64,000 nt of DNA from Gloeobacterales cyanobacterium (GCA_038245785.1 JBBRSB010000003.1:128001-192000), one strand, 5' to 3'. Numbered from the stretch's first letter, positions 31,540 to 41,399 are shown. Numbers and translations are program-made. The notes: generated by a model not told the origin, from the letters alone.

Positions 31540-32772
31540 TCAGTTGATCGCTAGTCGGATAGTCACTACCGTTCCAACACCAATCTGACTAACCCAATCA
31601 ATTTCCCCACCGTGCATATCTACAAGATTTTTAGCAATGGACAGTCCCAGCCCAAGTCCTGGAACTTTTTCAATGTTGCTACCCCGAAAAAAAGGCTCAA
31701 ATAGATGTTCCTGATCGACTTCTGACATTCCAATGCCAAAATCCTGAATTTGGATACTGACCAACTGATTATGGCAAGCAAGATTAAAGTAAATAGTGCT
31801 GCCCATGGGTGAATACTTGATTGCATTATCAAGTACATTCTCCAGCGCTATATAAAACAGCTCTGGGTCGAAGTTGAACATCAACCTGTCTTCTAGCAAG
31901 CCATTGGATTGGCATTCAAACTCAATTGTCTGTTGACTATCAGCAATCGCTGCCTGCTTCTCAGCGATTAAATCACGGCAGAAGCCAACTATGTCTAGAG
32001 ATTTTGTATTTGGTTCCAGTTTCCGAGCAGCTGATTCGCTAAGGAGTGAAATTTTATCTAAAAGTTGAACAATTTGATCGACCGCAGATTGAATATGCAT
32101 CAGATAGGGCTGAGTTTGTGCTGCTGTCCATTGATTTAGATTGCGGTCTAGTAAGCTGTTTGAGAAGGAAATAACATTGAGTAAGGAACGGAATTGGTGG
32201 CAGATAGCAGTATTCGGGTCGTTGATCTGCTCTGGCTCTCCGAGCGCTTGTCCCTCTGTACTGTCTAGCGGTAGCACTTTTTGTAAGTGTTTAAACTTCG
32301 TGATGTCCCACACATTCCAGACCCGACCAATGACTTTACGGCCCAACCGTTGCGGAGAAGCACTGTGCATAAAGAGCCTGCCATCCTGCAACTCTAGGAC
32401 ATCAGAGCTATCTGTCTCCAATTGGGTGGAAGCTTCCCAGATGGCGTTGCGGAAGACTTCTGGATTTTTGACTTGGTTCTCAAAAAAAGCTCTCGCTCGA
32501 TCGCAGTCCCGTGACAACTCTACTGAATCTGGAAGCTGCCACATTTCTGCAAATTGGTGATTGAAGTAGAAAGCTTTAGCATCACTGTCCATCGCAAGAA
32601 TGCCAATATCAGTGGATGCAACCCTTGCCCGTAGTAAGGCTAAAGTTCTCTCCAGGTCCGCTTCAGTCCTATCCACCCTGGGAGTTTCTTGAGATAAAAC
32701 CATCACGGTGGCCACTGAATCAGATTGAGAACGCTCTTGTTCAAAGCGCTTGTGGTCGCGGTGAGAAGACAT
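31540..32772 (-). CDS. PAS-like sensor histidine kinase
   Basis: FNHQFAEMW PAS-like segment, H-box CHQFRSLL, N-box NVLDNAIKYS, DFGIG, LFEPF, GLGLGL. Confidence 0.88.
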   Translation of the reverse strand: MSSHRDHKRFEQERSQSDSVATVMVLSQETPRVDRTEADLERTLALLRARVASTDIGILAMDSDAKAFYFNHQFAEMWQLPDSVELSRDCDRARAFFENQVKNPEVFRNAIWEASTQLETDSSDVLELQDGRLFMHSASPQRLGRKVIGRVWNVWDITKFKHLQKVLPLDSTEGQALGEPEQINDPNTAICHQFRSLLNVISFSNSLLDRNLNQWTAAQTQPYLMHIQSAVDQIVQLLDKISLLSESAARKLEPNTKSLDIVGFCRDLIAEKQAAIADSQQTIEFECQSNGLLEDRLMFNFDPELFYIALENVLDNAIKYSPMGSTIYFNLACHNQLVSIQIQDFGIGMSEVDQEHLFEPFFRGSNIEKVPGLGLGLSIAKNLVDMHGGEIDWVSQIGVGTVVTIRLAIN

Positions 32773-33588
32773 AGTTCATCCTTTCTGGTTTTGTTGAGAG
32801 GAGGCTATAAACACAGGAATTCTTCGCGTCCTGTGTCCATGCCGCTAAAGCCAATAGATTAACTACTAATGCCGACAGGGCATGTGACACATCCAATGAA
32901 GTACGTGTCACCTTAAATTTATATTTGTTTTCAATAGTTAACACACGATTTCAGTTTCGCTAGGTATCGCCTGCCACATCTTAGAAAATTTTATATTTTG
33001 TTTAGGACTAGAAAGTTTGAGCATTCCATGGGAATCCATTAGACTATTTCTTAATGCTGTCCATCAAATAATTTTATTATTCGAGGCTTGATTATTGAGC
33101 CTTATAGTGGTACACGTAAAAATGTTCAGTGGGCAAACCAGGAAAGAAACAGCATGTGTTAGTGAATACAGCGCCAAGAAATCATATCTGAGTGGAATTT
33201 GGGCTGCAAGACTACTGAGGCCATGTGTGAGTTTTATCGCATTTATTTCCTATTTAATCAGCTATATATTCCTATATGCCTATAGAATAGGGTCGCCTTA
33301 AAAGATTTTCTGTCATAGGATTAATGGATTGCTAGAAAAGTTATAATCTTAAAAAAGCGCAGGATTAATATCAACAATCTGTTGATCCTACTAGATAGGA
33401 TAGGGTATCCATATGTGATGTCGTATCATTAGACAAAACCTAACTATTGTTTGATATGTTGTTGAGATAGGGCCGAAAGATGAGGATACGACACCTTCTC
33501 AGCCGCTAGCAAATTAGGGTTAAAGAGGGCTGGGGGCTGATAGCCTCTGTAATTATAATTATTGCTTTCATATTTTTAAGGGGAGATT

Positions 33589-34515
33589 ATGCTTATTTTT
33601 TCTACTGAGGTCCATGAGGATACCCGTGGGATTCGGGATTTGCTGCAACACTGGTTATCTTCACAACTCTCGCCTGAGGCCCTTGTCTGGCTGAAGACTG
33701 CCATCTCGCAATCGTGCCAAGCATTTTCAGAGCAGACTTTTTTCACTGCTTTCAGCACCCTGCCACGCCGAGTGGGAAAACACGATCTGGCGCTTACTAG
33801 TGCTGAATTAGCGCAGGCCGATAACCTGTGTCCAGGCTGGTATCCCAAGGCATGGAGCGTTGACCAGGCGGCGCGTGCGCTGCTCTTGCTCAGTCTGCCC
33901 CAGGCAGAGACGGGCTCGATGAACGAGCTCTTTGAGAAACTGTACGCTACTGCTGGCATGGCAGAAGCGGTGGCACTGCACCAGACTTTGCCCCTGCTAG
34001 GTCATGGTGAACGCTATGAATACTGGGCCTTAGAGGGAGTTCGGAGTCACATCACGGCTGTCTTTAATGCGGTTGCACTCTGGAACCCCTATCCGGCTCG
34101 TCAATTTGATCAGGCAACCTGGAATCAACTGGTGTTGAAGGCCATTTTTGTAGGTAGTCCCTTGTACCCCATCTGGGGACTGGATGCTCGAGCGAATCCT
34201 GAACTAGCGCGGATGCTGATCGACTATGTTCATGAGCGATGGGCAGCCCATCGGGAAGTGACGCCGGAACTATGGCGCTTGCTAGCCCCGTTTATTGATC
34301 AGATCGACCAGGCGGTGCTACTCGATTTAGCACGAGCCCTAAAGTCAGCGAACGAGACTCAACGCCAAGCGGTGGGTTTGGCCTGTGTTCAATCGGCGCT
34401 TCCGAGCGCTCTAGACTTACTTCAAGTGCATCCCGACTTGAACAGATTAATTCAGGCAGGAACGCTAACTTGGGAGAGCATTTACCGTAACCAGCTGCAA
34501 ATCAGTGCAAGCTGA
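33589..34515 (+). CDS. eboA: EboA domain protein
   Basis: WSVDQAARALLL, NPYPA..F..TWNQLVLKAIF, DYVHERWAAHR. Confidence 0.88.
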   Translation: MLIFSTEVHEDTRGIRDLLQHWLSSQLSPEALVWLKTAISQSCQAFSEQTFFTAFSTLPRRVGKHDLALTSAELAQADNLCPGWYPKAWSVDQAARALLLLSLPQAETGSMNELFEKLYATAGMAEAVALHQTLPLLGHGERYEYWALEGVRSHITAVFNAVALWNPYPARQFDQATWNQLVLKAIFVGSPLYPIWGLDARANPELARMLIDYVHERWAAHREVTPELWRLLAPFIDQIDQAVLLDLARALKSANETQRQAVGLACVQSALPSALDLLQVHPDLNRLIQAGTLTWESIYRNQLQISAS

Positions 34516-34523
34516 CGGTCCTG

Positions 34524-34602
34524 CTTATCGAAAAAATGGACGCTTTGTCGAAAACATGTCGAAAAAATGGTCCTTGCACTGTCTTTGAAGTCTTATTAAG
34601 CT
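34524..34602 (+). promoter_or_regulatory. Putative eboB-F promoter with shared direct-repeat operator
   Basis: CTTATCGAAAAAATGGAC...ATGTCGAAAAAATGGTCC-TTGCAC-17 nt-TAAGCT. Confidence 0.6.
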
Positions 34603-34745
34603 CTGGCTTAGGGAAATAAGGCAAAAGCTCAACAGCTCTGACCCTATACACAGGTTCTTAGGAGCTTGCAGGTGACAAAGGCTGGTTTTGCCTGTTCTTT
34701 TCCCAATTTAGGCGCATAGTTCCTCGCACTTATTCAGGTCATCCC

Positions 34746-35684
34746 ATGCCAGATAGCGCTCCTCCCATCTCCCGGCCCAAGATCTGGATTGATCCACACA
34801 TCCATATGACGTCCCGTACGACCTATGACTACCGTTTGATGAGGCAGCAAGGAATCGTGGCTGTTATTGAGCCGTCCTTTTGGCTGGGGCAGCCTCGCAC
34901 CAACGTCGGGACATTTCAGGACTACTTCAGCAGTCTGGTGGGCTGGGAACGCTTCCGAGCCGGACAGTTTGGCATTCGCCACTACTGCACCATCTGCCTC
35001 AACCCAAAGGAAGCGAATAATCCTGCGATTGCCGATGAGGTAATGGCCATGCTTCCTCTCTATCTATGCAAGGAGGGCGTTGTGGCCGTTGGTGAAATTG
35101 GCTACGACTCGATGACAGCGGCAGAGGACAAGTATTTCAGACTGCACTTAGAGATGGCAAAGGAATTCAAAAAGCCTGTCCTGGTCCACACGCCCCATCG
35201 GAACAAGAAGGAAGGAACCTTGCGCAGCTTAGAAGTCTGCCTGGAGCATGGCATCGATCCAAAGCTGGTAGTGATAGACCATGCCAACGAAGAGACTGTC
35301 CAGGCCATTCTCGATCGAGGCTTTTGGGCAGCGTTTTCGATCTATCCAAAGACCAAGATGGGCAATGAACGAATGACTGAAATTGTTCGGCAGTATGGTT
35401 CCGAGCGAATCATCGTCAATAGTGCAGCCGACTGGGGAATCAGCGACCCTCTGGCTGTACCGAAAACGGCTCAACTGATGCTGGAGCGAGGGATTCCTGA
35501 GGCCGATGTGACGGCAGTCTGCTATGGCAACGCGCTGGCAGCCTATAGCCAAAGCGGTGAAATGAGCGAAGCGGACTGGCTCAGTCCAGAACCCGTGGAC
35601 CAACGGCAGCTTTTCGATGGCAACTCAGTGCTTCGGGGCCAGGAACCGATAACACAAGAAGCAGAGTCGCTCGTTATTGTCTAA
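34746..35684 (+). CDS. eboB: TatD-family metallo-hydrolase EboB
   Basis: IDPHIHMTSRT, GEIGYD, VHTPH, IDHANE, NSAADWG. Confidence 0.88.
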   Translation: MPDSAPPISRPKIWIDPHIHMTSRTTYDYRLMRQQGIVAVIEPSFWLGQPRTNVGTFQDYFSSLVGWERFRAGQFGIRHYCTICLNPKEANNPAIADEVMAMLPLYLCKEGVVAVGEIGYDSMTAAEDKYFRLHLEMAKEFKKPVLVHTPHRNKKEGTLRSLEVCLEHGIDPKLVVIDHANEETVQAILDRGFWAAFSIYPKTKMGNERMTEIVRQYGSERIIVNSAADWGISDPLAVPKTAQLMLERGIPEADVTAVCYGNALAAYSQSGEMSEADWLSPEPVDQRQLFDGNSVLRGQEPITQEAESLVIV

Positions 35685-35762
35685 GGTTGGTGTTTTGAAC
35701 TTCTGAGCTAGAAAGAGGTGCTATGACCGCGCCCAATTCCGAATTGCATCAGAGGGAAGCAG

Positions 35763-36674
35763 ATGATTTCAGCGCAGAGTACGACAAACCGCTTGGTGGC
35801 CTATCTTCAGATGATGCGTCCTGCCAATATTGTGACGGCGTGGGCAGATATTCTGGCAGGCTATGCGGCAGCGGGTTTAGGAGCTATTACTCCTGACCCT
35901 ACGGCTATCTACCCCTTGCTCTGGCTGCTGTTAGCCACAACCGGGCTGTACGGAGGCGGGGTTGTATTCAACGACGTGTTCGACGCCAAGCTGGATGCCC
36001 AAGAGCGTCCCGAGCGTCCGATTCCCAGTGGCCGCAGTTCGGTGCAAGAAGGCATCGTTCTGGGCATCGGTTTACTGACCCTTGGCATTGTGGCAGCGGC
36101 CCAGGTATCAGCGATCAGTGCGGGGATAGCAGTCGCGATTGCCCTGGCAGCGCTGCTATACGATTCCGTGGGTAAACACCACGCTCTGATAGGCCCCCTG
36201 AATATGGGGCTGTGTCGGGGTGGAAACCTGTTGCTGGGCGTGAGCGCCGTGCCTGTAATGCTCCAAGAGCGCTGGTTTTTGGCAGCGATTCCGGTCTTAT
36301 ACATTGCGGCGATTACGCTGATCAGTCGCGGTGAAGTGCATGGTGGAAATCGAATGGCTGGACAAGTTTCTCTGGTGGCCTTGGCCCTGGTGTGCGCCGG
36401 GTTAATTGGGCTAAGCCTGTTGCCCAGCTATGGACTACTGCCGATGCTGCCCTTCGGGGTGTTTTGGGGAATATCGGTGATTCCAGCCTTTGTCAAAGCT
36501 AGCCGTGAACCCAGTGCTGCCCTAATTCGCCATGCAGTCCGCTCGGGAGTAATCTCCCTGATCGTCCTCAATAGTGCCCTTGCAGCAGGCTTCAGCCACT
36601 GGCTTTATGGTTTAGCGGTTTTAAGCTTGTTGCCCCTATCTCGATTTTTAGCTAAACAATTTGCGGTGACCTAG
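35763..36674 (+). CDS. eboC: UbiA-like prenyltransferase EboC
   Basis: RPANIVTAWAD, NDVFDAKLDAQERPERPIPSG, MGLCRG. Confidence 0.9.
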   Translation: MISAQSTTNRLVAYLQMMRPANIVTAWADILAGYAAAGLGAITPDPTAIYPLLWLLLATTGLYGGGVVFNDVFDAKLDAQERPERPIPSGRSSVQEGIVLGIGLLTLGIVAAAQVSAISAGIAVAIALAALLYDSVGKHHALIGPLNMGLCRGGNLLLGVSAVPVMLQERWFLAAIPVLYIAAITLISRGEVHGGNRMAGQVSLVALALVCAGLIGLSLLPSYGLLPMLPFGVFWGISVIPAFVKASREPSAALIRHAVRSGVISLIVLNSALAAGFSHWLYGLAVLSLLPLSRFLAKQFAVT

Positions 36675-37883
36675 ATGTATCTCAGCCTGAGCAGTCCGCC
36701 CCAGTTCCTAGAATCAACATTGAAACCGCTGCAGCAGTCTATAACGGTTCGGTTTGACTATTCAGTGCACTTCACCCATGGCCTGTTTCAGTTACACAAT
36801 CCCCTGCTGGCAGAGATATTAGCGGCTGAGCAGACAACGCAACCAGCTGCCGTACTGGTCATTATCGACGGCGGTCTCCTATCATCCCAACCGCAACTAC
36901 TAGAGAAAGTAACAGCCTACGCTGAGCATTACCAACAGGCGATTTGCCTCAAAGCCGTGCCCTTGGTCGTAGTCGGGGGAGAGGCAGCCAAGAACGATCC
37001 AGCCTGTGTGGAGCAGATTCAGCGACTGATCAGTGAGGCCCGCTTATGCCGGCATTCCTATGTCGTGGTGATTGGGGGTGGAGCTGTTTTAGATATGGTC
37101 GGTTATGCTGCAGCCACTGCCCATCGCGGAGTGCGTCTTATCCGAGTGCCAACGACAGTACTGGCCCAAGATGACTCTGGAATCGGCGTAAAAAATGGGG
37201 TTAATGCCTTTGGCAAGAAGAATTTCCTAGGTACGTTTGCTCCACCCTATGCCGTTATTAATGACGCGGACTTTCTGCGAACGCTGGGTCAGCGGGATTG
37301 GATAGCCGGAGTAATAGAAGCGCTTAAAGTAGCGTTGATTAAAGATGCGGACTTTTTTCAGTACATCGAGGCCAACACAAACGCCTTGGTCAAGCGTGAA
37401 CTGTCGGTCATGCAACAGGTCATCTATCGCTCTTGCCAACATCACTTGCATCATATCGGCAGCTATGGCGACCCGTTTGAAATGGGTTCATCGCGCCCCC
37501 TCGACTTTGGGCACTGGGCCGCCCATCGCCTGGAGCATTTGACGAACTATCGTCTCCGACATGGCGAAGCAGTAGCGATCGGTATTGCCCTCGATAGCAC
37601 CTATGCCTGCTTTGCCGGACTGCTGCCAGCAGAAGACTGGACCCGGATCTTAAATGCATTGCAGGCACTGGGATTTGCACTTTATGCGCCGGAATTGGGC
37701 GCATTTTCAGAACAACCAGAGCATCCGCAGTCGATTTTTCAGGGGCTGACTGAATTTCGAGAACATCTAGGCGGAGCGTTAACCCTAATGCTATTGGCTG
37801 GTATAGGCACTGGGGTGGAAGTGCATCAAATCAACCTGGAACTATATCAACAGGCGATTACCTATTTGAAAGCACTGAAATGA
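36675..37883 (+). CDS. eboD: 3-dehydroquinate synthase-like sugar phosphate cyclase EboD
   Basis: GGGAVLD, PTTVLAQDDSGIGVKNG, RPLDFGHWAAH, RHGEAVAIG. Confidence 0.88.
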   Translation: MYLSLSSPPQFLESTLKPLQQSITVRFDYSVHFTHGLFQLHNPLLAEILAAEQTTQPAAVLVIIDGGLLSSQPQLLEKVTAYAEHYQQAICLKAVPLVVVGGEAAKNDPACVEQIQRLISEARLCRHSYVVVIGGGAVLDMVGYAAATAHRGVRLIRVPTTVLAQDDSGIGVKNGVNAFGKKNFLGTFAPPYAVINDADFLRTLGQRDWIAGVIEALKVALIKDADFFQYIEANTNALVKRELSVMQQVIYRSCQHHLHHIGSYGDPFEMGSSRPLDFGHWAAHRLEHLTNYRLRHGEAVAIGIALDSTYACFAGLLPAEDWTRILNALQALGFALYAPELGAFSEQPEHPQSIFQGLTEFREHLGGALTLMLLAGIGTGVEVHQINLELYQQAITYLKALK

Positions 37884-37908
37884 AGACCTAGCACAGGCAG
37901 GAGACCTC

Positions 37909-38739
37909 ATGAGCGCTAACGACCGATTTCATCTCACTTACTGCACAAACACCGATTCCGGCGAGACGTGGCAAGCGGTTTGGACCAATCTGCAGCGACC
38001 TATGCCCGGGCTAAAGCAATCACCATCACCGGACCAACCCTTTGGCATTGGCTTGCGCTTAGCGAATCTGGCCAGTCAAGAACTTCTGGTCAATAGACGG
38101 CTTACTGACCTCAAAGCGCGGCTGGCGGCAGAAAAGATCTATGCTTTCACCCTGAATAGTTCTCCCTATGGCAGCTCCCATCATCACGTGAGAAGAGATC
38201 AGGTCTATAAACCGGATTGGAGCACAGTAGGACGGCTCTTACACACGAGGCGATTGGCACGGATTCGAGCAAAGCTGCTACTGGACGGAACGGAGAGCCA
38301 TATTTCCAACCTACCGCATTCCTGCAAGCCCTGGTTTTTCGGCATCCCAGAAGCGCGGGCTCTGGTATTTCAGTCGAGTACTGTGGCCCTCACGACCTTA
38401 GTCATGAATCTGGTCAATTTTGCTGGACTGCTGCCAGTGGAAGACTGGGTGCGGATCTTGAAAGCATTGCAGGCACTGGGATTTACGCTACACGTGCCAA
38501 AATTGGGCGCATTTTCAGAAGAACCAGAGCGTCTGCAGTCGGTTTTCCAAGGGCTGACTGAATTTCGAGAACATCGAGGGGGAAAGTTAGCCCTAAGGCT
38601 ATTGGCCGGTATCAGCGCTGGGGTGGAAGTGCATCAAATCAACCTGGCCCTGTATCAGCAGACGATTGCCTGTTTGCAAGTACTGGACCAGAGACCTCTA
38701 GAGTTTCCAGCACAGCGCAGGAGATCTCATGCGTATTAA
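37909..38739 (+). CDS. Chimeric EboE(N-terminal)-EboD(C-terminal) ORF from a tandem duplication; possibly decaying
   Basis: Residues 1-170 align with the EboE N-terminus; from FAGLLP (38419) it aligns with the EboD C-terminus. Confidence 0.75.
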   Translation: MSANDRFHLTYCTNTDSGETWQAVWTNLQRPMPGLKQSPSPDQPFGIGLRLANLASQELLVNRRLTDLKARLAAEKIYAFTLNSSPYGSSHHHVRRDQVYKPDWSTVGRLLHTRRLARIRAKLLLDGTESHISNLPHSCKPWFFGIPEARALVFQSSTVALTTLVMNLVNFAGLLPVEDWVRILKALQALGFTLHVPKLGAFSEEPERLQSVFQGLTEFREHRGGKLALRLLAGISAGVEVHQINLALYQQTIACLQVLDQRPLEFPAQRRRSHAY

Positions 38740-39976
38740 CGACCGATTTCATCTTACCTACTGCACAAACACTCATCCTGGCGAGACGTGGCAAGCGGTT
38801 TGGACCAATCTTCAGCAATATTTGCCTGGGCTGAAGCAGTCGCTATCACCGGATCAACCGTTTGGTATTGGCTTGCGCTTAGCAGATCTGGCCAGTCGAG
38901 AACTTTTGGTGGGCGACCGACTGGCGAAGCTTAAAGCGTGGCTGGAGACAGAGAATCTCTATGTCTTTACCCTGAATGGTTTTCCCTACGGCAGTTTCCA
39001 TCACCAAGTCATAAAAGACCAGGTCTATGCTCCAGATTGGACCACGGTCGAGCGGCTAGAGTACACAAGGCGATTGGTAAAAGTTCTAGCAGAGCTGCTG
39101 CCGGAAGGGATGGAAGGCAGTATTTCCACCCTACCGCTCTCCTACAAGCCTTGGTTTTTCGGTACGCCAGAAGCGCTGGATCCCGTATTTCAGTCGAGTG
39201 CCGTTGCCCTCGCGGCCTTAGTGATAGATCTGGTCAATCTCCAGGCGAAAACAGGCAAACTAATTCATCTGGGCCTCGAACCGGAGCCAGATGGACTTTT
39301 GGAAAACACGCAGGAAGTGGTGACCTTTTTCGATCGCTGGCTTTTGCCCTGCGGGAGCACAGAACTTATGCAGCACTTCGGGATCTCTAACGACAAGGCT
39401 CTAGCGTGTCTGCGCAACCACCTCCGAGTCTGCTACGACACCTGTCACTTTGCCGTGGAATATGAAGAGCCTGAAATCGCCCTACGCCAGTTGCAAGAGG
39501 AAGGAATTGGAGTCAGCAAAATTCAACTCAGTTCAGCGGTGCGCATTCCAATTCCGGCTGAGCTAGCAGAACGTCAAGCGATTTTACAGCGACTACAGCC
39601 CTTTGCCGAATCGACCTATCTGCACCAGGTGATCGCCAGACAGCCAGACGGCAGGCTGAAAACAGACGGCAGGCTGAAACGGTACCGTGATTTAGAGCAA
39701 GCGCTACCAGAATTCCTGACAACAGACGCAGCGGAGTGGCGTACCCATTTCCATGTCCCCATTTTTCTCCAAGACTATTCGCTGCTGCAATCAACGCAGG
39801 AACATCTTGTAAAAACCTTGTCTTATCTGCAGGCATTTCCCCTCTCTAGCCATCTCGAAATCGAAACCTATACCTGGGACGTATTGCCCGCCGACATCAA
39901 GTTTAATCTCGCCCACTCGATTCAACGCGAGTATGACTGGGTGCTGCAGCAATTGCGGATTCCAATCGTGGTTTAG
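38729..39976 (+). CDS. eboE: Metabolite traffic protein EboE (xylose isomerase-like TIM barrel)
   Basis: HLTYCTNTHPGE, NGFPYG, LEPEPD, CYDTCH, STYLHQV, HFHVP, EIETYTW. Confidence 0.9.
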   Translation: MRINDRFHLTYCTNTHPGETWQAVWTNLQQYLPGLKQSLSPDQPFGIGLRLADLASRELLVGDRLAKLKAWLETENLYVFTLNGFPYGSFHHQVIKDQVYAPDWTTVERLEYTRRLVKVLAELLPEGMEGSISTLPLSYKPWFFGTPEALDPVFQSSAVALAALVIDLVNLQAKTGKLIHLGLEPEPDGLLENTQEVVTFFDRWLLPCGSTELMQHFGISNDKALACLRNHLRVCYDTCHFAVEYEEPEIALRQLQEEGIGVSKIQLSSAVRIPIPAELAERQAILQRLQPFAESTYLHQVIARQPDGRLKTDGRLKRYRDLEQALPEFLTTDAAEWRTHFHVPIFLQDYSLLQSTQEHLVKTLSYLQAFPLSSHLEIETYTWDVLPADIKFNLAHSIQREYDWVLQQLRIPIVV

Positions 39977-40025
39977 TCCGTCACAGCCAATCTACACCTA
40001 ACCTTTTCACCCAAGCTCCTAACCG

Positions 40026-41399
40026 ATGATGCAAAGAACCGCTGTCCTGAATGTTGTTGGACTGACTCCCGCTTGCCTCGGTGCTCATATGCCGAAGCTG
40101 ACAGCTTGGGCAGTACGGGGGCAACAAGCGAACATCACACCGATGCTGCCAGCGGTGACCTGTAGCGTTCAAGCGACCTATCTCACCGGCAAATATCCCA
40201 ATGAGCACGGCATTGTCGCCAATGGTTGGTACTTTCGAGATGAGTGTGAGGTGAAATTTTGGAGACAGTCTAATGCTCTGGTACAGGCTCCAAAAATCTG
40301 GGAGATTGCCCGAGAAAGGGATCTCACCTTCACCTGCGCCAACTTGTTCTGGTGGTACAACATGTACTCCTCCGTCGACTACGCCGTCACACCACGCCCT
40401 ATGTATCCAGCAGATGGGCGTAAGCTACCGGATATCCATACCCACCCAGCCGCTATCCGTCCTAAGCTTCAAGAGGAACTTGGGCCATTTCCTTTATTCA
40501 AGTTCTGGGGGCCGGCAACGACGATTGAATCCAGTCAGTGGATTGCGAATTCAGCAAAGTGGATTGAAACAAACGCCAGTCCGACGCTCTCGCTGGTATA
40601 CCTACCCCATCTGGACTATTGCACCCAGAAAGTGGGCTCTACTCCAGCGCAGGACCTCCAGGAAATCGATGCCGTAGTCGGAGATCTGATTGAGTTCTAC
40701 GAGGCAAGAGGGGTACAGCCTGTCGTCCTCTCTGAATATGGCATTACGCCCGTTTCTCAGCCAGTGCACCTGAACCGAATGCTGCGCTCAGCGGGATTCC
40801 TCCAAGTTCGGACAGAGTTGGGCTTAGAACTACTGGATGCAGGGGCTAGTCAAGCGTTTGCTGTTGCTGACCATCAGCTAGCCCATGTCTACATCAATGA
40901 CCCCACCATTTTGGAGCAGGTGAAGGCACTTTTAGAGAAAACGCCAGGCGTAGCAAGGGTATTAGATGAGGCTGGCAAGCAGGAACAGTATCTAAACCAC
41001 GAACGTTCAGGTGAACTAGTGGTCATCGCCGAACCGCAAGCCTGGTTCACCTACTACTACTGGCTTGACGACACCAAGGCTCCCGACTTCGCCCGAACCG
41101 TCGATATTCACCGAAAACCAGGATATGACCCTGTGGAACTGTTTTTCGATCCCCAAATTCGTTTCCCCAAGCTAAAGGTTGCGAAAACGTTGCTCAAGCG
41201 CAGATTAGGAATGCGATCGCTGATGGACCTGACTCCGCTGAATGCCGATTTGGTGCGCGGATCTCACGGCCATCTACCAGGTTCATCAAGAGACTGGCCA
41301 ATGGTGATTACACAGAGGTCAGAGCTCTTACAAAGTGCCTCTATCTCTGCTGTCGATGTCTGTTCCCTGATTCTGAATCATTTGAACTTGAGCCCCTAA
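40026..41399 (+). CDS. eboF: Alkaline phosphatase / nucleotide pyrophosphatase family EboF
   Basis: PAVTCSVQ, YLPHLDY, SEYG, VADHQ, DIHRKPGYDP, GSHG. Confidence 0.88.
   Translation: MMQRTAVLNVVGLTPACLGAHMPKLTAWAVRGQQANITPMLPAVTCSVQATYLTGKYPNEHGIVANGWYFRDECEVKFWRQSNALVQAPKIWEIARERDLTFTCANLFWWYNMYSSVDYAVTPRPMYPADGRKLPDIHTHPAAIRPKLQEELGPFPLFKFWGPATTIESSQWIANSAKWIETNASPTLSLVYLPHLDYCTQKVGSTPAQDLQEIDAVVGDLIEFYEARGVQPVVLSEYGITPVSQPVHLNRMLRSAGFLQVRTELGLELLDAGASQAFAVADHQLAHVYINDPTILEQVKALLEKTPGVARVLDEAGKQEQYLNHERSGELVVIAEPQAWFTYYYWLDDTKAPDFARTVDIHRKPGYDPVELFFDPQIRFPKLKVAKTLLKRRLGMRSLMDLTPLNADLVRGSHGHLPGSSRDWPMVITQRSELLQSASISAVDVCSLILNHLNLSP

Noticed and set aside
32780..33580. AT-rich 800-bp spacer, considered as ncRNA or small ORFs
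   Set aside because: No convincing structure, RBS-linked ORF or copy of the scy operator motif; best read as a divergent promoter region.
36675..37883. Calling this gene housekeeping aroB or a mycosporine (DDGS) gene
   Set aside because: It sits between eboC and eboE, has EboD-type motifs, and no O-methyltransferase or ATP-grasp partner is nearby.
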